A stretch of DNA of 64,000 nucleotides from Dehalococcoidales bacterium (GTDB lineage: Bacteria; Chloroflexota; Dehalococcoidia; Dehalococcoidales; RBG-16-60-22). The position numbers and the translations under genes are program-made. Below are positions 51,463-61,254 of the stretch, one piece after another (position 1 is the stretch's first letter; every line of letters begins with the position of its first letter). The stretch spans positions 25,447 to 89,446 of the forward strand of contig NZCW01000011.1 of assembly GCA_002688435.1 (NCBI GenBank), in the 5' to 3' direction. The notes under the pieces were generated by a model. The model saw only the letters and a list, made by a program, of their open reading frames with translations, was not told the origin of the DNA and ran no database searches.

Positions 51463-52372
51463 AGAGATAACCGTGTCCATCTTTAGATATGACCCGGAGT
51501 CGGATAAACACCCTTCATACCAGACATATTCTGTACCTAGTAAAGAACGGATGCTGGTAGGGGATGTGTTGGAGTATATTCATGAAAATCTCGACGGGAG
51601 CTTGGCGTACCGCTGGGAATGTCGTATGCGGCTATGTGGTGGTTGTACGATTTTGATTAACGGAAAACCAGGCTTGATATGTCGCGAACAGGCTGAGCCA
51701 AGTATGACTCTTGAACCGCTACCCTTTCTGCCCATAGTGAGAGACTTAGTGGTAGATAGAAAATCGTTATTGGATAAAATATACTCGGTACCTCCACTGA
51801 CTCGACAAAAATCTCCGGTTAGGCTTCCGGAACCGATAGCTCACGAGGTAATTCTTGGATTACGAGTGCCCAGGCAATGCGTCCAGTGTCTGGCCTGTGT
51901 TGCTGTTTGCCCGGCTACCGAAGTATTGACGGCAGATCTTTTTCTTCCACCTAAACTGATACAAATAGCCGGATTTGCCATTGATGATAGAGACACAGTG
52001 GATAGAGTCCAAGAGAGCGAAGAATCAAATTTATTCGACTGTGCGTGTTGCCATGCTTGCGAGGAAGTTTGCCCACATGAAATTAATATCTCCGAAAAGG
52101 TAATCACGGCTTTACGAAATAAGACTTATGAACATGGGATTGGTCGCGGTGGCAGGTACATCAAGGCTTTCTACGATACTCTTCAGGCAAAGGGCAAGGT
52201 AAACGCATCAGGTATACTGCTCAGGAGCCAAGGATACCTGCGTGCTATAATGAAAGCTCCGCAGGGAATACGACTGATTGCTAGGGGAAAATTTGTATCC
52301 CCATTCGGAAAACCCATCCCCGACATCGAAGATATCAGGACAATTATCGGACCGACAGAGCAAGAAAAATGA
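51455..52372 (+). CDS. SdhB/FrdB-family iron-sulfur subunit
   Basis: CRMRLCGGC..C 2Fe-2S; RDLVVD; CVQCLACVAVCP; CACCHACEEVCP. Confidence 0.9.
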   Translation: MVKEITVSIFRYDPESDKHPSYQTYSVPSKERMLVGDVLEYIHENLDGSLAYRWECRMRLCGGCTILINGKPGLICREQAEPSMTLEPLPFLPIVRDLVVDRKSLLDKIYSVPPLTRQKSPVRLPEPIAHEVILGLRVPRQCVQCLACVAVCPATEVLTADLFLPPKLIQIAGFAIDDRDTVDRVQESEESNLFDCACCHACEEVCPHEINISEKVITALRNKTYEHGIGRGGRYIKAFYDTLQAKGKVNASGILLRSQGYLRAIMKAPQGIRLIARGKFVSPFGKPIPDIEDIRTIIGPTEQEK

Positions 52373-53229
52373 AATACGCTTATTACCCCGGCTGTGCGGC
52401 AAAAGGGAGTACTCCTGAAGCTGATTTTACTACCAGACTGGTTGCGCAAACACTGGGGATAGAGCTACTGGAGCTTCAAAATTCCGGGTGCTGCGGTGCC
52501 AAGGAGATTAGGGTCGTCAGCCGCCGGCTAGATCTAAACCTTAATGCCAGGATCTTATCCCTAGCTCAAGGATTGGGGCTGGATATTCTCACCATTTGTA
52601 ATACATGCCTGCTTAACCTAAACCAAGCAAATAACCAGTTAAAAGCAGAACCTGAAACCTTACAAAAGGTAAACAAATCGCTTTCGAAAATCGGGCTCAG
52701 CTATGACGGTAGTACCAACGTCAAGCATCTGCTTCATGTGCTTTTAACGGATTTGGGTCTCGACCGGCTGAAACAAAGTGTAAAAACTCCTCTTACAGGA
52801 TTGAAGGTTGCTCCTTTCTATGGCTGCCATATTGTGAGACCGGTGAAAGACCTGGGTTTTGATGTGGCAAAAACGGAATCACTGGAAGCTCTCGTCAGGA
52901 CTTTACATGCTCACCCTGTAGAATACCCTGGCAGGACAAAGTGTTGCGGTTTCTATGTCCTGATGCCAAATGAAGCTGCCGCTTCGGGCATGATAGCCCA
53001 CCGCCTTGAAGAGGCGCTAAAAGCTGATGCTGATTGTATCGTAACGCCCTGTCCTCTGTGTCACGTAGCCCTTGATATGTTTCAGGAGCAGGCTCTAGGC
53101 AAGGTAGGGATAAGGCGGACTATACCGGTACTACACTTACCGCAACTGGTCGGGCTTGCCTTGGGAATATCTGAAAAGAACCTGCAATTTAGTAGGCATC
53201 TGGTACGCGTTAATATTTTGGGGAAATGA
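52369..53229 (+). CDS. HdrB/SdhE-like CCG-domain subunit
   Basis: YYPGC, CCG, CNTC, FYGC, KCCG, PCPLC. Confidence 0.92.
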   Translation: MKYAYYPGCAAKGSTPEADFTTRLVAQTLGIELLELQNSGCCGAKEIRVVSRRLDLNLNARILSLAQGLGLDILTICNTCLLNLNQANNQLKAEPETLQKVNKSLSKIGLSYDGSTNVKHLLHVLLTDLGLDRLKQSVKTPLTGLKVAPFYGCHIVRPVKDLGFDVAKTESLEALVRTLHAHPVEYPGRTKCCGFYVLMPNEAAASGMIAHRLEEALKADADCIVTPCPLCHVALDMFQEQALGKVGIRRTIPVLHLPQLVGLALGISEKNLQFSRHLVRVNILGK

Positions 53230-53244
53230 AACAGGAGGAACAAG

Positions 53245-54417
53245 GTGGCCACACTAGAGTTTATGTTTGATATGCCGACGCTGGTAAAGTTCGGAGTAGG
53301 CGTTGCCGAAAGCGTCGGGGAAGAGATCAAAAAATTAGCGGCAAAAAAGATTTTGCTCGTTAGCGATAAAGGTGTAGTGAAGGCTGGTATAGTTGGTAAA
53401 GTTGGCGAGTTTCTACAAGCCAGCGGAGTCGAGTTTCTTATTTTCGACGAGGTGGGGCCAAACCCGAGAGATCAAACCATCAAGAAAGGAACAATGCTTG
53501 CGCGTCGGGAGAAGGTTAGTGCAGTCGTAGCTGTTGGGGGAGGAGCCTCAATGGACACCGCCAAGGCGATTGCCATGCTCGTTACCAATGGCGGCTCAAT
53601 AATGGATTACCGTGGAAGAGATAAAGTAAAGAGCCCTCCTCTACCCGTGGTTGTGGTACCGACAACTGCAGGAACAGGTAGCGAGGTATCACTTTGGACG
53701 AATGTAGATGATACCTCGACGGTGCCTTATGAAAAAGTATCCATTGGCAGCCGATTACTTTACCCTCGTGTACTACTGGCAGATCCGTCACTGACTGTAA
53801 GCCTACCACCAGCGTTGACTGCCTCAATAGCCATGGATGGTTTGACGACTGCCATTGAAGCTTATACGTCCCCGAAAGGATCACCGTTAACTTATGCTTT
53901 GGCACTGAAAAGCATCGAATTAATGGCGTGCAACTTGTCTCGGGCATATGTTGATGGAAATGATTTAGAGGCCAGGGCTGCCACCATGCTAGCCGGCACC
54001 ATGGCGGGAATCGCCTTTGCTAACTCGAGTATTGGTGCCGTGCACAGCATGGGTCTAGCAGTAAGCAACCTTTATGACACACCTCATGGTATCTCAGTTG
54101 CTATATTTTTACCATACGTAATGGAATTTAATATGCTTGTAAATCCAAAGAAGTTCACCGATATTGCCTTGGCAATGGGAGAGAACGTTACGGGATTATC
54201 AACGAAAGAAGCCTCAATAAAGTCGGTAGAAGCAGTGAGGCAGTTAATGAGGGATATTAACATACCGACTCCTCAACAAATTGGGGCCAAACTAGAAGAT
54301 ATTCCTCAGATGGCCAAGATAGCCCTGGCATGTGGTGCGAGCCGAACAACTATTAGAGAACCCACAGAAAAGGATTTCGTAGGCCTTTTCGAACGTGCCA
54401 TGACAAAGACCGTTTAA
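53245..54417 (+). CDS. Iron-containing alcohol dehydrogenase family protein (atypical metal site)
   Basis: GGGASMDTAK, PTTAGTGSE, DGLTTAIEAY, GAVHSM, PHG. Confidence 0.9.
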   Translation: MATLEFMFDMPTLVKFGVGVAESVGEEIKKLAAKKILLVSDKGVVKAGIVGKVGEFLQASGVEFLIFDEVGPNPRDQTIKKGTMLARREKVSAVVAVGGGASMDTAKAIAMLVTNGGSIMDYRGRDKVKSPPLPVVVVPTTAGTGSEVSLWTNVDDTSTVPYEKVSIGSRLLYPRVLLADPSLTVSLPPALTASIAMDGLTTAIEAYTSPKGSPLTYALALKSIELMACNLSRAYVDGNDLEARAATMLAGTMAGIAFANSSIGAVHSMGLAVSNLYDTPHGISVAIFLPYVMEFNMLVNPKKFTDIALAMGENVTGLSTKEASIKSVEAVRQLMRDINIPTPQQIGAKLEDIPQMAKIALACGASRTTIREPTEKDFVGLFERAMTKTV

Positions 54418-54621
54418 TAGCAGACGTGGAGATGGAAGAAATGCATTAATAACAGATTAACGAAGGAGAAACATGACGGATATAAATTCGAGCCAGACAG
54501 GATTGAAGAAAAAGCCAGCCCGTCGGGACTAAAGTGTTCAGTGCAATAGGCAAGGTCTCACAAAACCGGACCGGTTTTCCAATTTGATCTTAACCATGGG
54601 AAAACTCGAAAAGGAGTATTT

Positions 54622-55557
54622 ATGACTTATAAAATCCTTTCTACTTCACCTTCGTTTGGGTATTATGCTCCCGAACCGGTGGAGTATCTGAAAAATCACG
54701 GTTGTGAGGTAGAACTTGTTCCCCAAGGGAAGAAATTGTCCGAAGAGGAAATTATCGAGAAAGCCAGAGAAGCCGATGCCTTAATTGTCGGAGTGGAAAA
54801 GATCAGCGAACTGGTTATAGAGGCTTCGAAAAACCTAAAAATCATCGCTAAGCACGGAGCTGGGGTCGATAACATTGACGTAGAAGCAACTTCCGGCAGA
54901 GGAATAGCGGTTATCAATGCGGCTGGTGCCAACAGTGATGCCGTGGCTGATCTCACCATCGGTCTCTTTCTGTCTTTAGCCAGGAGTATACCCTTTGCTG
55001 ATCGTTCTATTAGAGAGGGTTCATGGCCTCGGGTGGTAGGAACTCAATTCAATGAGAAAATCTTGGGGATAATCGGTCTAGGGCAAATAGGTAAAAAAGT
55101 GGTCAAACGAGCTTCATGCTTTGACATAAAAATTCTTGCCTTCGATATTATGAAAGATAAGGCTTTTGCCCAGAAGTGGGGAATTAATTATTTGTCTTTA
55201 GACGAGCTACTTACTGAGTCTGATTTTGTCTCCATTCATATTCCTCTCGGCCCATCGACCCACCGATTGATTGGCGAAAAGGAATTACGACTTATGAAAA
55301 AGGGAGCTTTTCTAGTTAACATCTCACGTGGTGATATCGTTGACGAAGAAGCCCTTTATAGAGCCTTACAGGAAGGGGTAATTGGAGGGGCTGCCTTGGA
55401 TGTATTTGCTGATGAGCCGCTGAGAGAAAGCCTTTTGTTTAGACTCGATAACGTGATTTTAACCCCTCACATGGGTGGATATACTTATGAGGCTTTAAAA
55501 GAGACCGGGATGATCTGTGCTCGAGGAATAATTGATGCACTAGAAGAAAGACAATAA
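54622..55557 (+). CDS. D-2-hydroxyacid / phosphoglycerate dehydrogenase-like
   Basis: GAGVDNID, GLGQIG, NISRG, LDVF..EP, TPHMG. Confidence 0.92.
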   Translation: MTYKILSTSPSFGYYAPEPVEYLKNHGCEVELVPQGKKLSEEEIIEKAREADALIVGVEKISELVIEASKNLKIIAKHGAGVDNIDVEATSGRGIAVINAAGANSDAVADLTIGLFLSLARSIPFADRSIREGSWPRVVGTQFNEKILGIIGLGQIGKKVVKRASCFDIKILAFDIMKDKAFAQKWGINYLSLDELLTESDFVSIHIPLGPSTHRLIGEKELRLMKKGAFLVNISRGDIVDEEALYRALQEGVIGGAALDVFADEPLRESLLFRLDNVILTPHMGGYTYEALKETGMICARGIIDALEERQ

Positions 55558-55704
55558 AGAAAGCAAAATAGTTGAAAAGACCGTATTATGGTCTTATTAA
55601 TGGCAATTTACTATATCCGGCGCAATAACTAATCTTAAGTAGTTCTATCCATCAAAACTCAGTGGTCGTGTACCAATTAGTTTATCTGGTTTTCTGCAAC
55701 AATT

Positions 55705-56106
55705 CTATTTTTCCACTATTTCTAATAATGCTTTTGTTACCTTGGGATGCATGAAAGCCACCTTGGTTCCGCCAACACCAATTCTCGGCTCCGCATCAAT
55801 AAGAGGGACACTTTTTTCTTTTAATGCCCCAATCACAGCCTTAATGTCCCTAACTCCTATCGCTAAGTGATGGATTCCCTCCCCTCTTTGGTCAATAAAC
55901 TTAGCAATGGCTCCTTCCGAGTCAATTGGTTCTAGTAACTCAATTCGGCTCTGCCCTAAAGGAATTAAAGCTGTCTTTACCCTGTGTTCCTCGACAGTTT
56001 CTCTTTCGATATCCTCAGGTTTAATACCGAGCACTTTACAATACGTTTGTACCATATCTTCCACATTTCTGACGGCGATTCCTATATGGTCGATCTCTAA
56101 TTCCAT
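55705..56106 (-). CDS. mce: Methylmalonyl-CoA epimerase
   Basis: DHIGIAV, IELLEP, GEGIHHLA, FMHPK..LLE. Confidence 0.92.
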   Translation of the reverse strand: MELEIDHIGIAVRNVEDMVQTYCKVLGIKPEDIERETVEEHRVKTALIPLGQSRIELLEPIDSEGAIAKFIDQRGEGIHHLAIGVRDIKAVIGALKEKSVPLIDAEPRIGVGGTKVAFMHPKVTKALLEIVEK

Positions 56107-56432
56107 TATCTTTCACCTCGCTAACCTACGCTGGCTAAACAAAGTTAGTCCTTTGTGATTGTAATACCTGGCCTTACTGATCGTCAATACGAGATTTCGC
56201 TGAGCTTAATAACTAAAGAGGTCGCCAGAATCGATATTCCCGGGAAAAGTAATCCTTTACTAGCTCGACAGTCTATAACCGGGATTGAACCGCGCATAAT
56301 CTTGAGGTTAATCTTATGCCACGTTCTGTACCCTCGCCCTCATTCTCTGTCATGGCTACCAGGATAAACTTACTCTTTCCTCTCCCTTTGACACAAGCAC
56401 CAGATTGTCATACGTTGAAATACAACCGCGCG

Positions 56433-56461
56433 TTGACAGGCTAGATTAGATTGGCTAATAT
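56433..56461 (+). promoter_or_regulatory. Sigma70-type promoter of trxB
   Basis: TTGACA-N17-TAATAT. Confidence 0.7.
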
Positions 56462-56543
56462 AGCTATGACAGACTACTGGTCACGCTAACCCGTTGGCGC
56501 CAGTACGAGCTTGATCATCTATGAAATTGTTTGAGGAGTCAGC

Positions 56544-57476
56544 ATGGACGCCACATATGATGTCGTCATTGTCGGAGGCGGAGCGGCGGGACTAACAGCC
56601 GCATTGTATACGAGCAGGGCTAAGCTGAATACCGTAATCATCGAGCGGGAAGCTATAGGTGGCGAGCTCATGAACAGAGACCAGATAGAGAATTACCCCG
56701 GTTACCCCGACGGTATTATGGGACCGGAGCTAGGCTCAAACATGATGACACAGGCAATGAATCACGGCGCAGAGATCAAGGTCAGTGAAGTTGAAGGAAT
56801 CGAAGTTGATGGGGTCTATAAAGTGGTGAAAACTGCCGAAGGCCACTATCGGGCTAAGGCAGTGATTCTTGCCAGCGGTGCTCATCCCAAGAAGCTGGGA
56901 ATACCCGGTGAGGAGGAATTCATCGATAATGGAGTGTTCTACTGCGCCACATGTGATGGGCCTCGTTTTACCGGGAAAACGGTGGCCGTAGCCGGGTCCG
57001 GGGATTCGGGATTAACTGAAGCCCTGTTCCTTACTAGATTCGTATCCAAAGTTGTTGTGTTCGAATTGCTGCCTTATGCTACGGCAAATAAGTCCCTACA
57101 GGAAAGAGCCTTTACCAACCCAAAGATTACAGCGAGGTGTGGTTATAAGATTGAAGCTATTCGTGGTGATGACGCGGTCAAAGAGCTTGATCTTCTGGAA
57201 GTCCAGACAGAACAAAAAAGCACCCTGGAAGCAGATGGGCTCCTCGTGCACATAGGCCTTGAACCCAATACGGACTATTTGAAAAGCAGCCTGATGCTAA
57301 GCGAGAAGGGACAAGTACCTGTTAATGAAATTATGGAAACAACAATCGCCGGGATTTTTGCCGCGGGTGACATTCGTCACAATTCTCCAATGCAAATTGC
57401 TACGGCAGTAGGAGATGGCGCCACCGCCGCTCTGTCTTTTGGGAAATACCTCGAGACCCGCTGGAACCAGGCATAA
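56544..57476 (+). CDS. trxB: Thioredoxin reductase
   Basis: GGGAAG, ENYPG, YCATCDG, AAGD, QIATAVGDG. Confidence 0.92.
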   Translation: MDATYDVVIVGGGAAGLTAALYTSRAKLNTVIIEREAIGGELMNRDQIENYPGYPDGIMGPELGSNMMTQAMNHGAEIKVSEVEGIEVDGVYKVVKTAEGHYRAKAVILASGAHPKKLGIPGEEEFIDNGVFYCATCDGPRFTGKTVAVAGSGDSGLTEALFLTRFVSKVVVFELLPYATANKSLQERAFTNPKITARCGYKIEAIRGDDAVKELDLLEVQTEQKSTLEADGLLVHIGLEPNTDYLKSSLMLSEKGQVPVNEIMETTIAGIFAAGDIRHNSPMQIATAVGDGATAALSFGKYLETRWNQA

Positions 57477-57850
57477 CCTACTGAACGGAGCAAGTCTGAG
57501 ACCTCCCTTTCTCTTTGGCTGACACGTTTCAAGCTAAAACACTAGCAATACCCTTAACTGAAATTGAATCAGGGCAGAACTCCTCGGTTTGGTGGCAGAC
57601 CGGACTTGACCACGCCTGCGCTTCCATAGTAAAGCTTCTACGTCCCGGAGGGTTCGGAACCGCTCCTGTTCTTCGCGAGCCATCCTGCTGGGGAAGATGG
57701 GCTTAAAAAACGGTCGTATACCATTTACTTAACCTCTTCCTGATTCTCGTGAATATCTTAACAATGCTTGACGATGAGGGAGCAAGTGATGTACCATTGT
57801 TTGAGCTTCTGGAGACAATAAATAATTACAATCGAGCATGGAGGGCAATT

Positions 57851-59725
57851 ATGCCGCATGGATTTAATGGTAAGATACTGCGAGCCAATCTCTCCACCGA
57901 GAAGCTGACGATAGAAGAACCTCCAGAGCAATTTTACCGTCAGTACTATGGTGGTGAAGCATTCATAGGCTATTTCTTACTGAAGGAAGTACCCGGAAAG
58001 ATTAACCCGCTTAGTCCTGAAAACAAACTTGTCTTCGCCGCTGGACCCCTTACCGGTGTACCTACTGGAGGGTGCGGCCGGCACAGCGTAGGCGGGAAAT
58101 CCCCGCTAACCGGCGCTTTCGGAGAAGCAGACTCCGGCGGCTACTGGGGTGCTGAGCTGAAAATGGCAGGCTTTGACGCCATCATCGTGGAAGGGAAGGC
58201 GGAAAAGTCAGTCTATATTTTCGTTCAGGACGGCAAAGCTTCCATAAAAGACGCCCGCCACCTTTGGGGAATGAAAGCCCTTGAGTGCCAGACAGCCATC
58301 CGTGAGGAACTTGGTGACGATTTCATAAAAGTGACATATATTGGCCCGGCGGGAGAAAACCTGGTGCGCTTTGCCAGTATTGGTAATGACCTTGATGCTA
58401 TCGCCGGGCGTACGGGTATGGGAGCAGTAATGGGATCAAAAAACCTCAAAGCTATTGCCTGCCGAGGTCATCAGCGTGTCTCATTGGCGGACCCGGCGGC
58501 TGTGAAAGAACTCTCGCTATGGATACGCAATAACACCCCCATAACAAACAAAGGCATGCGTGACTTTGGTACGGCGCGGGGGGTGACCTCCCTCAACGGT
58601 CTGGGTGGTCTTCCGGTGCGTAATTTCCAGCTCGGCTCTTTTGAGGGCGCAGCAGACATCAGTGGTGAGGTGATGCGTGATACCATCTTTGTCAAGCGAC
58701 GCGCCTGCTTTGCCTGCCCCGTCCAGTGCAAGCGTGAGGTAAAGGTTGACGAACCGTATATCGTTGACCCGCGCTACGGTGGACCAGAGTATGAGACTAT
58801 TGCTGCGCTGGGTTCCAACTGTGGCATCACTAACCTGAAAGCCATCGCCAAAGCAAATGAAATGTCAAATGCTTACGTACTGGATACCATCTCTTGTGGC
58901 ATGGTAATTTCCTTTGCCATGGAGTGCTTTGAAAACGGCCTGCTCTCCACGAAAGATACCGGCGGCATTGACCTGCGCTTTGGCAATGCGGATGCCATGC
59001 TCCAGATGTTGGAGCAGATTTCCCTACGCAAAGGCCTGGGCAGTCTCCTTGCTGAAGGTGTCGCCATTGCGGCAGAGAAGATAGGCAATGGTGCCGAGAA
59101 GTATGCCCTCCATATCAAAGGGCTTGAGCTACCTATGCACGAGCCACGCTTGAAGGGTGGAATGGGTGTCGGCTATGCTGTCTCACCAACCGGCGCCGAC
59201 CACTGTCACAACATGCACGATACCATGTTCACGTCGGATAGTGCGTATCTCAAGGAAATTAAGTCGCTGAATTACTTCGAGCCTATGGAAATCACTGACC
59301 TCTCTCCAAAGAAGATAAGTATCATGACATACTACTCCAACTGGATACACTTCCTGAACTGCGCCGTCTGTTGTTTCTTTGTCATGTCACAGGGCCTTGT
59401 CGGCTTTGAGCGTACAGCGGGACTAGTACGCGCGGTCACCGGCTGGAACACCAGCGTATTTGAAATCCTCAAGGTTGGTGAACGGGCAGCGAACCTAGCA
59501 CGTCTATTCAACCTGAGGGAAGGTCTTACGCCAAAAGATGACACCATGCCTGAGCGCTTCTTTACCGGGCAGGCTTCCGGTCCGCTCGAAGGCGTCCGGC
59601 TCGACCCCGGGGCTTTCCAAAAAGGGGTAGAGTACTACTATGACATGATGGGCTGGCCCAACGGTATACCTTCCCCGGGTAAGCTGGGTGAACTGGGCAT
59701 TGACTGGGCGATGGCCGGTAGATGA
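57851..59725 (+). CDS. aor: Tungsten-containing aldehyde:ferredoxin oxidoreductase family protein
   Basis: G..GKILR.NL, KSPLTG, GPAGE, GRTGMGAVMGSKNLKA, CFACPVQC, GPEYET, DTIS; GGAGG RBS before 57851. Confidence 0.93.
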   Translation: MPHGFNGKILRANLSTEKLTIEEPPEQFYRQYYGGEAFIGYFLLKEVPGKINPLSPENKLVFAAGPLTGVPTGGCGRHSVGGKSPLTGAFGEADSGGYWGAELKMAGFDAIIVEGKAEKSVYIFVQDGKASIKDARHLWGMKALECQTAIREELGDDFIKVTYIGPAGENLVRFASIGNDLDAIAGRTGMGAVMGSKNLKAIACRGHQRVSLADPAAVKELSLWIRNNTPITNKGMRDFGTARGVTSLNGLGGLPVRNFQLGSFEGAADISGEVMRDTIFVKRRACFACPVQCKREVKVDEPYIVDPRYGGPEYETIAALGSNCGITNLKAIAKANEMSNAYVLDTISCGMVISFAMECFENGLLSTKDTGGIDLRFGNADAMLQMLEQISLRKGLGSLLAEGVAIAAEKIGNGAEKYALHIKGLELPMHEPRLKGGMGVGYAVSPTGADHCHNMHDTMFTSDSAYLKEIKSLNYFEPMEITDLSPKKISIMTYYSNWIHFLNCAVCCFFVMSQGLVGFERTAGLVRAVTGWNTSVFEILKVGERAANLARLFNLREGLTPKDDTMPERFFTGQASGPLEGVRLDPGAFQKGVEYYYDMMGWPNGIPSPGKLGELGIDWAMAGR

Positions 59726-59981
59726 TAAATGATGCGAGAACCAGTTCCTTCTCAGGATAAAGTGTGTTAGTACCGGATTTCAATTCTTACAAGAGATAAT
59801 TAGCCAGTAAAGGTTGTTCTGCCAATATTTTGGTGGTAGAAGGTATCATCTGGTTCTTCTTTTAAGATACTGCCGTTAAACAAATTGACCCTTAATGTTT
59901 TTACCCCACAACCATAGGCCGTTACTGCAGATATGTGTTTCCTCCCGAAATCAGAATACTGTCGACCAACTACGCACCGCT

Positions 59982-61112
59982 CTAATAGGCATCTTGAAGA
60001 ATTTTAATGATACTTTTTGCATCGAAATACTCATCAATACCGGGGGTGCTTTTTAGGACTGACTTCGCCATCTCCTCAACATTTGACATGCTGACTGCCA
60101 TATCTCTGAGCTTCAAATTCATACCGATCGAATCTAACCATTCGGTGGTAGCTTTAATGCCGTCATTTTCACCGAAAACGTTTTTGCCTAGAAGGTCTAT
60201 TCTCGCCTTTTTCGTAGGCAAGAGGTGTGTCATGACCGGAACAAGTAGAGCCGCCACACCGTCACCATGTGGTATGTCATAAAAGGCGGCGAGCGTGTGC
60301 TGAAGTGCATGAATCGGTGCTGCTCCGTCCCTGCCTCCCAATAGAGCCGCCTGCGAGGTGGCGAAGGTACTTACCCAGCAAAGCTGCTCGCGGGCCTCTA
60401 AGTCGTTGGGGTTTGCTAACGCTCGTGGTAAGAATTCCAGGACCATTCTCATGGCAACTTCTTTAAAGCCCATACTCATAGGAGGAGCAATGTCTGTAGT
60501 AAAATACCTTTCAAGAGCATGAACAAACATGTCCACTCCTCCACTAGCGGTAAGTCCTCTGGGTGCGGTAGCCGTGAGTTTAGGATCGATGATGGCTATT
60601 TCGGGCCAGCTACCGGCATTGAAGATCGTTGCTTTCTCATGGGTCTGCCAACTGCTAATTATAGCAAAGTTATTGGCTTCAGAGCCCGTGCCTGCCAGGG
60701 TTGGTATTTGAATAAGCTTAGCAGTTGGACTCGCCGGCTTGCTCTGCGGATTAGTAAAATCCCATATGGACTTAGTTCCAGCGCTGGCAAGTTTGGTCGC
60801 TTTAGCACAATCCATGGCACTGCCGCCACCCAGCCCGATAATCAGCGGTATCTTTTGATTACGAACGATGGCGGCTGCTTCATCTACAGTGGAATTTCTG
60901 GGATTAGGTTCTACCTTCTCGAAGACCATAGCATCAATTCTAACTGCATTCAAGGCATTAACAATTTCACCAAGTATGCCTATGCGACGGATATCCGGGT
61001 AGGTCACTATCATCGCCTTGTTAACTCCTAATCTACCGGCTTCCCCACCAAGCTTTTTAATGCTATCCACTCCAAAAACAATTCTGACCGGCATGTGAAA
61101 TACTGTAATCAT
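59982..61112 (-). CDS. Iron-containing alcohol dehydrogenase (butanol dehydrogenase-like)
   Basis: EPNP, GGGSAMDCAK, PTLAGTGSE, D.FVHALE, HALQH, PHG. Confidence 0.92.
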   Translation of the reverse strand: MITVFHMPVRIVFGVDSIKKLGGEAGRLGVNKAMIVTYPDIRRIGILGEIVNALNAVRIDAMVFEKVEPNPRNSTVDEAAAIVRNQKIPLIIGLGGGSAMDCAKATKLASAGTKSIWDFTNPQSKPASPTAKLIQIPTLAGTGSEANNFAIISSWQTHEKATIFNAGSWPEIAIIDPKLTATAPRGLTASGGVDMFVHALERYFTTDIAPPMSMGFKEVAMRMVLEFLPRALANPNDLEAREQLCWVSTFATSQAALLGGRDGAAPIHALQHTLAAFYDIPHGDGVAALLVPVMTHLLPTKKARIDLLGKNVFGENDGIKATTEWLDSIGMNLKLRDMAVSMSNVEEMAKSVLKSTPGIDEYFDAKSIIKILQDAY

Positions 61113-61254
61113 GACTCTTTACTTCTTCATTTAAATATACTCGCTAAACATGATTTCGGCGTGAGTAAGCACCGTATTAATATCAAAGAGCACAACCAGA
61201 TTCTAATGTTTAGATACCATTCAGGTTAGGATAACATGTCCCGCTGGAATCGCT

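Noticed and set aside
56110-56370. Possible meaB remnant upstream of mce
   Set aside because: Position is suggestive but no GTPase motif could be recovered in any frame I read
57749-57850. N-terminal extension of AOR in the ORF track (likewise trxB 29357, mcmB 47214, gntR 43526)
   Set aside because: Downstream ATGs fit better (RBS and/or family N-terminus; the gntR TTG lies in the -35 box)
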